Shown here piece after piece: positions 63,325 through 64,000 of a DNA stretch of 64,000 nucleotides (the first letter of the stretch is position 1; every line of letters begins with the position of its first letter). The notes beneath the pieces were generated by a model that was given only the letters and a program-made list of their open reading frames with translations, was not told the DNA's origin and did not search any database. The translations under genes were made by a program, and so were the position numbers. This DNA is from Hypanus sabinus (Eukaryota): contig NC_082731.1 of assembly GCF_030144855.1 (NCBI RefSeq), forward strand, positions 22,692,001 through 22,756,000, in the 5' to 3' direction.

Positions 63325-64000
63325 CTGAGCTCTAGCCCTGTTCTCCAGCTTCATTTATGTTGGTGAAGGTAAGTATATTGGAGGCTGTTGATGCCGATCC
63401 GGAGGCTATCTGGCCTCCATCCTGATGACTGTGTATCAAATCTTTCATGAGCTGGGTGAATGGTTTCCTTCGTGATATCTCTGCCGTTTTCTGGCATTGT
63501 TCTGTATCTATTTCGTTGTTGGCCTGTAGGCTAGAACTTATTACGATTGGAAAGATTTGATTAACCACTATGGAGCTTCCCTGTCCGCTGCAGAGACTGG
63601 GCCAGACAGTGTTGCGGCATTCCTTTACTCACCACATAAGGGTCAGTTGATAGTTGAGCGGAAAGATATGCACAATCCAGCTCTCTGCTGTCCTAAGGGG
63701 AGAAAGAAAGCAAGAAACATAGGCGTTATTACCCTTTCCTGGTTGCTTAAGGTTTGCTCTGCAACATGAAAGTTATGAGAAATGTACGGCCCGGCGACTT
63801 AAATTGCTCGCAGCTTCAGGTGCTGCAGCGCTAATGCACACAATGGTGTTAGTAGTCCGTGTTACCAAAAAGTCAATCGCCATCTCCTTTGCTTTGGTGA
63901 ATTTTATGAAGACAATAATTCCATGGATCCGTGTTGCAGGTTCTTGCACTTCCTCTTTCGTCCATCTCATGATGTTTGGTGATGAGTCTCACCATTGCCG
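63325..64000 (-). mobile_element. Ancient Rex1/Babar LINE fossil, cassette 3 copy
   Basis: ORF 63773-63970 (EEVQEPA...KFTKAKEMAIDF); homologous to 19850-20560. Confidence 0.65.

Larger units (their letters stand above)
55330..64000 (+). repeat. Segmental-duplication cassette 3 (carries V3), runs off the window end
   Basis: Shares the CR1 stub and junction and the upstream blocks with cassette 2; interrupted by a CR1 at 56820-59790. Confidence 0.85.

Overview
Vertebrate genomic DNA, most likely from an elasmobranch (shark, ray or skate); this is inferred from the CR1 LINE types and the TCR V style. The window covers part of the V-segment array of a T-cell receptor alpha/delta locus. Three TRDV/TRAV-like genes of one subgroup lie on the + strand, each with a leader exon, a short intron, a V exon and a 23-bp-spacer RSS: V1 (11983-12427, pseudogene), V2 (18674-19126, open) and V3 (62253-62712, open). 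Each V sits in a tandemly duplicated multi-kb cassette with a shared upstream block, promoter, microsatellites and a Rex/Babar LINE fossil. A fourth cassette fragment (about 50750-52390) lacks its V. Nearly everything else is decayed retrotransposon: several Ty3/Gypsy elements (PNMA-like gag type, a CsRn1-like element, a sushi-like internally deleted mini-element), solo LTRs and many CR1 LINE copies, one near full length. There are four short N gaps. I found no D, J or C segments, no IgH-like/TAILV or NAR-TCR V, no RNA genes and nothing prokaryotic. I see no convincing wholly new system; the most interesting signals concern how these V genes were duplicated, regulated and diversified. TE boundaries are approximate, and all counts were done by eye.
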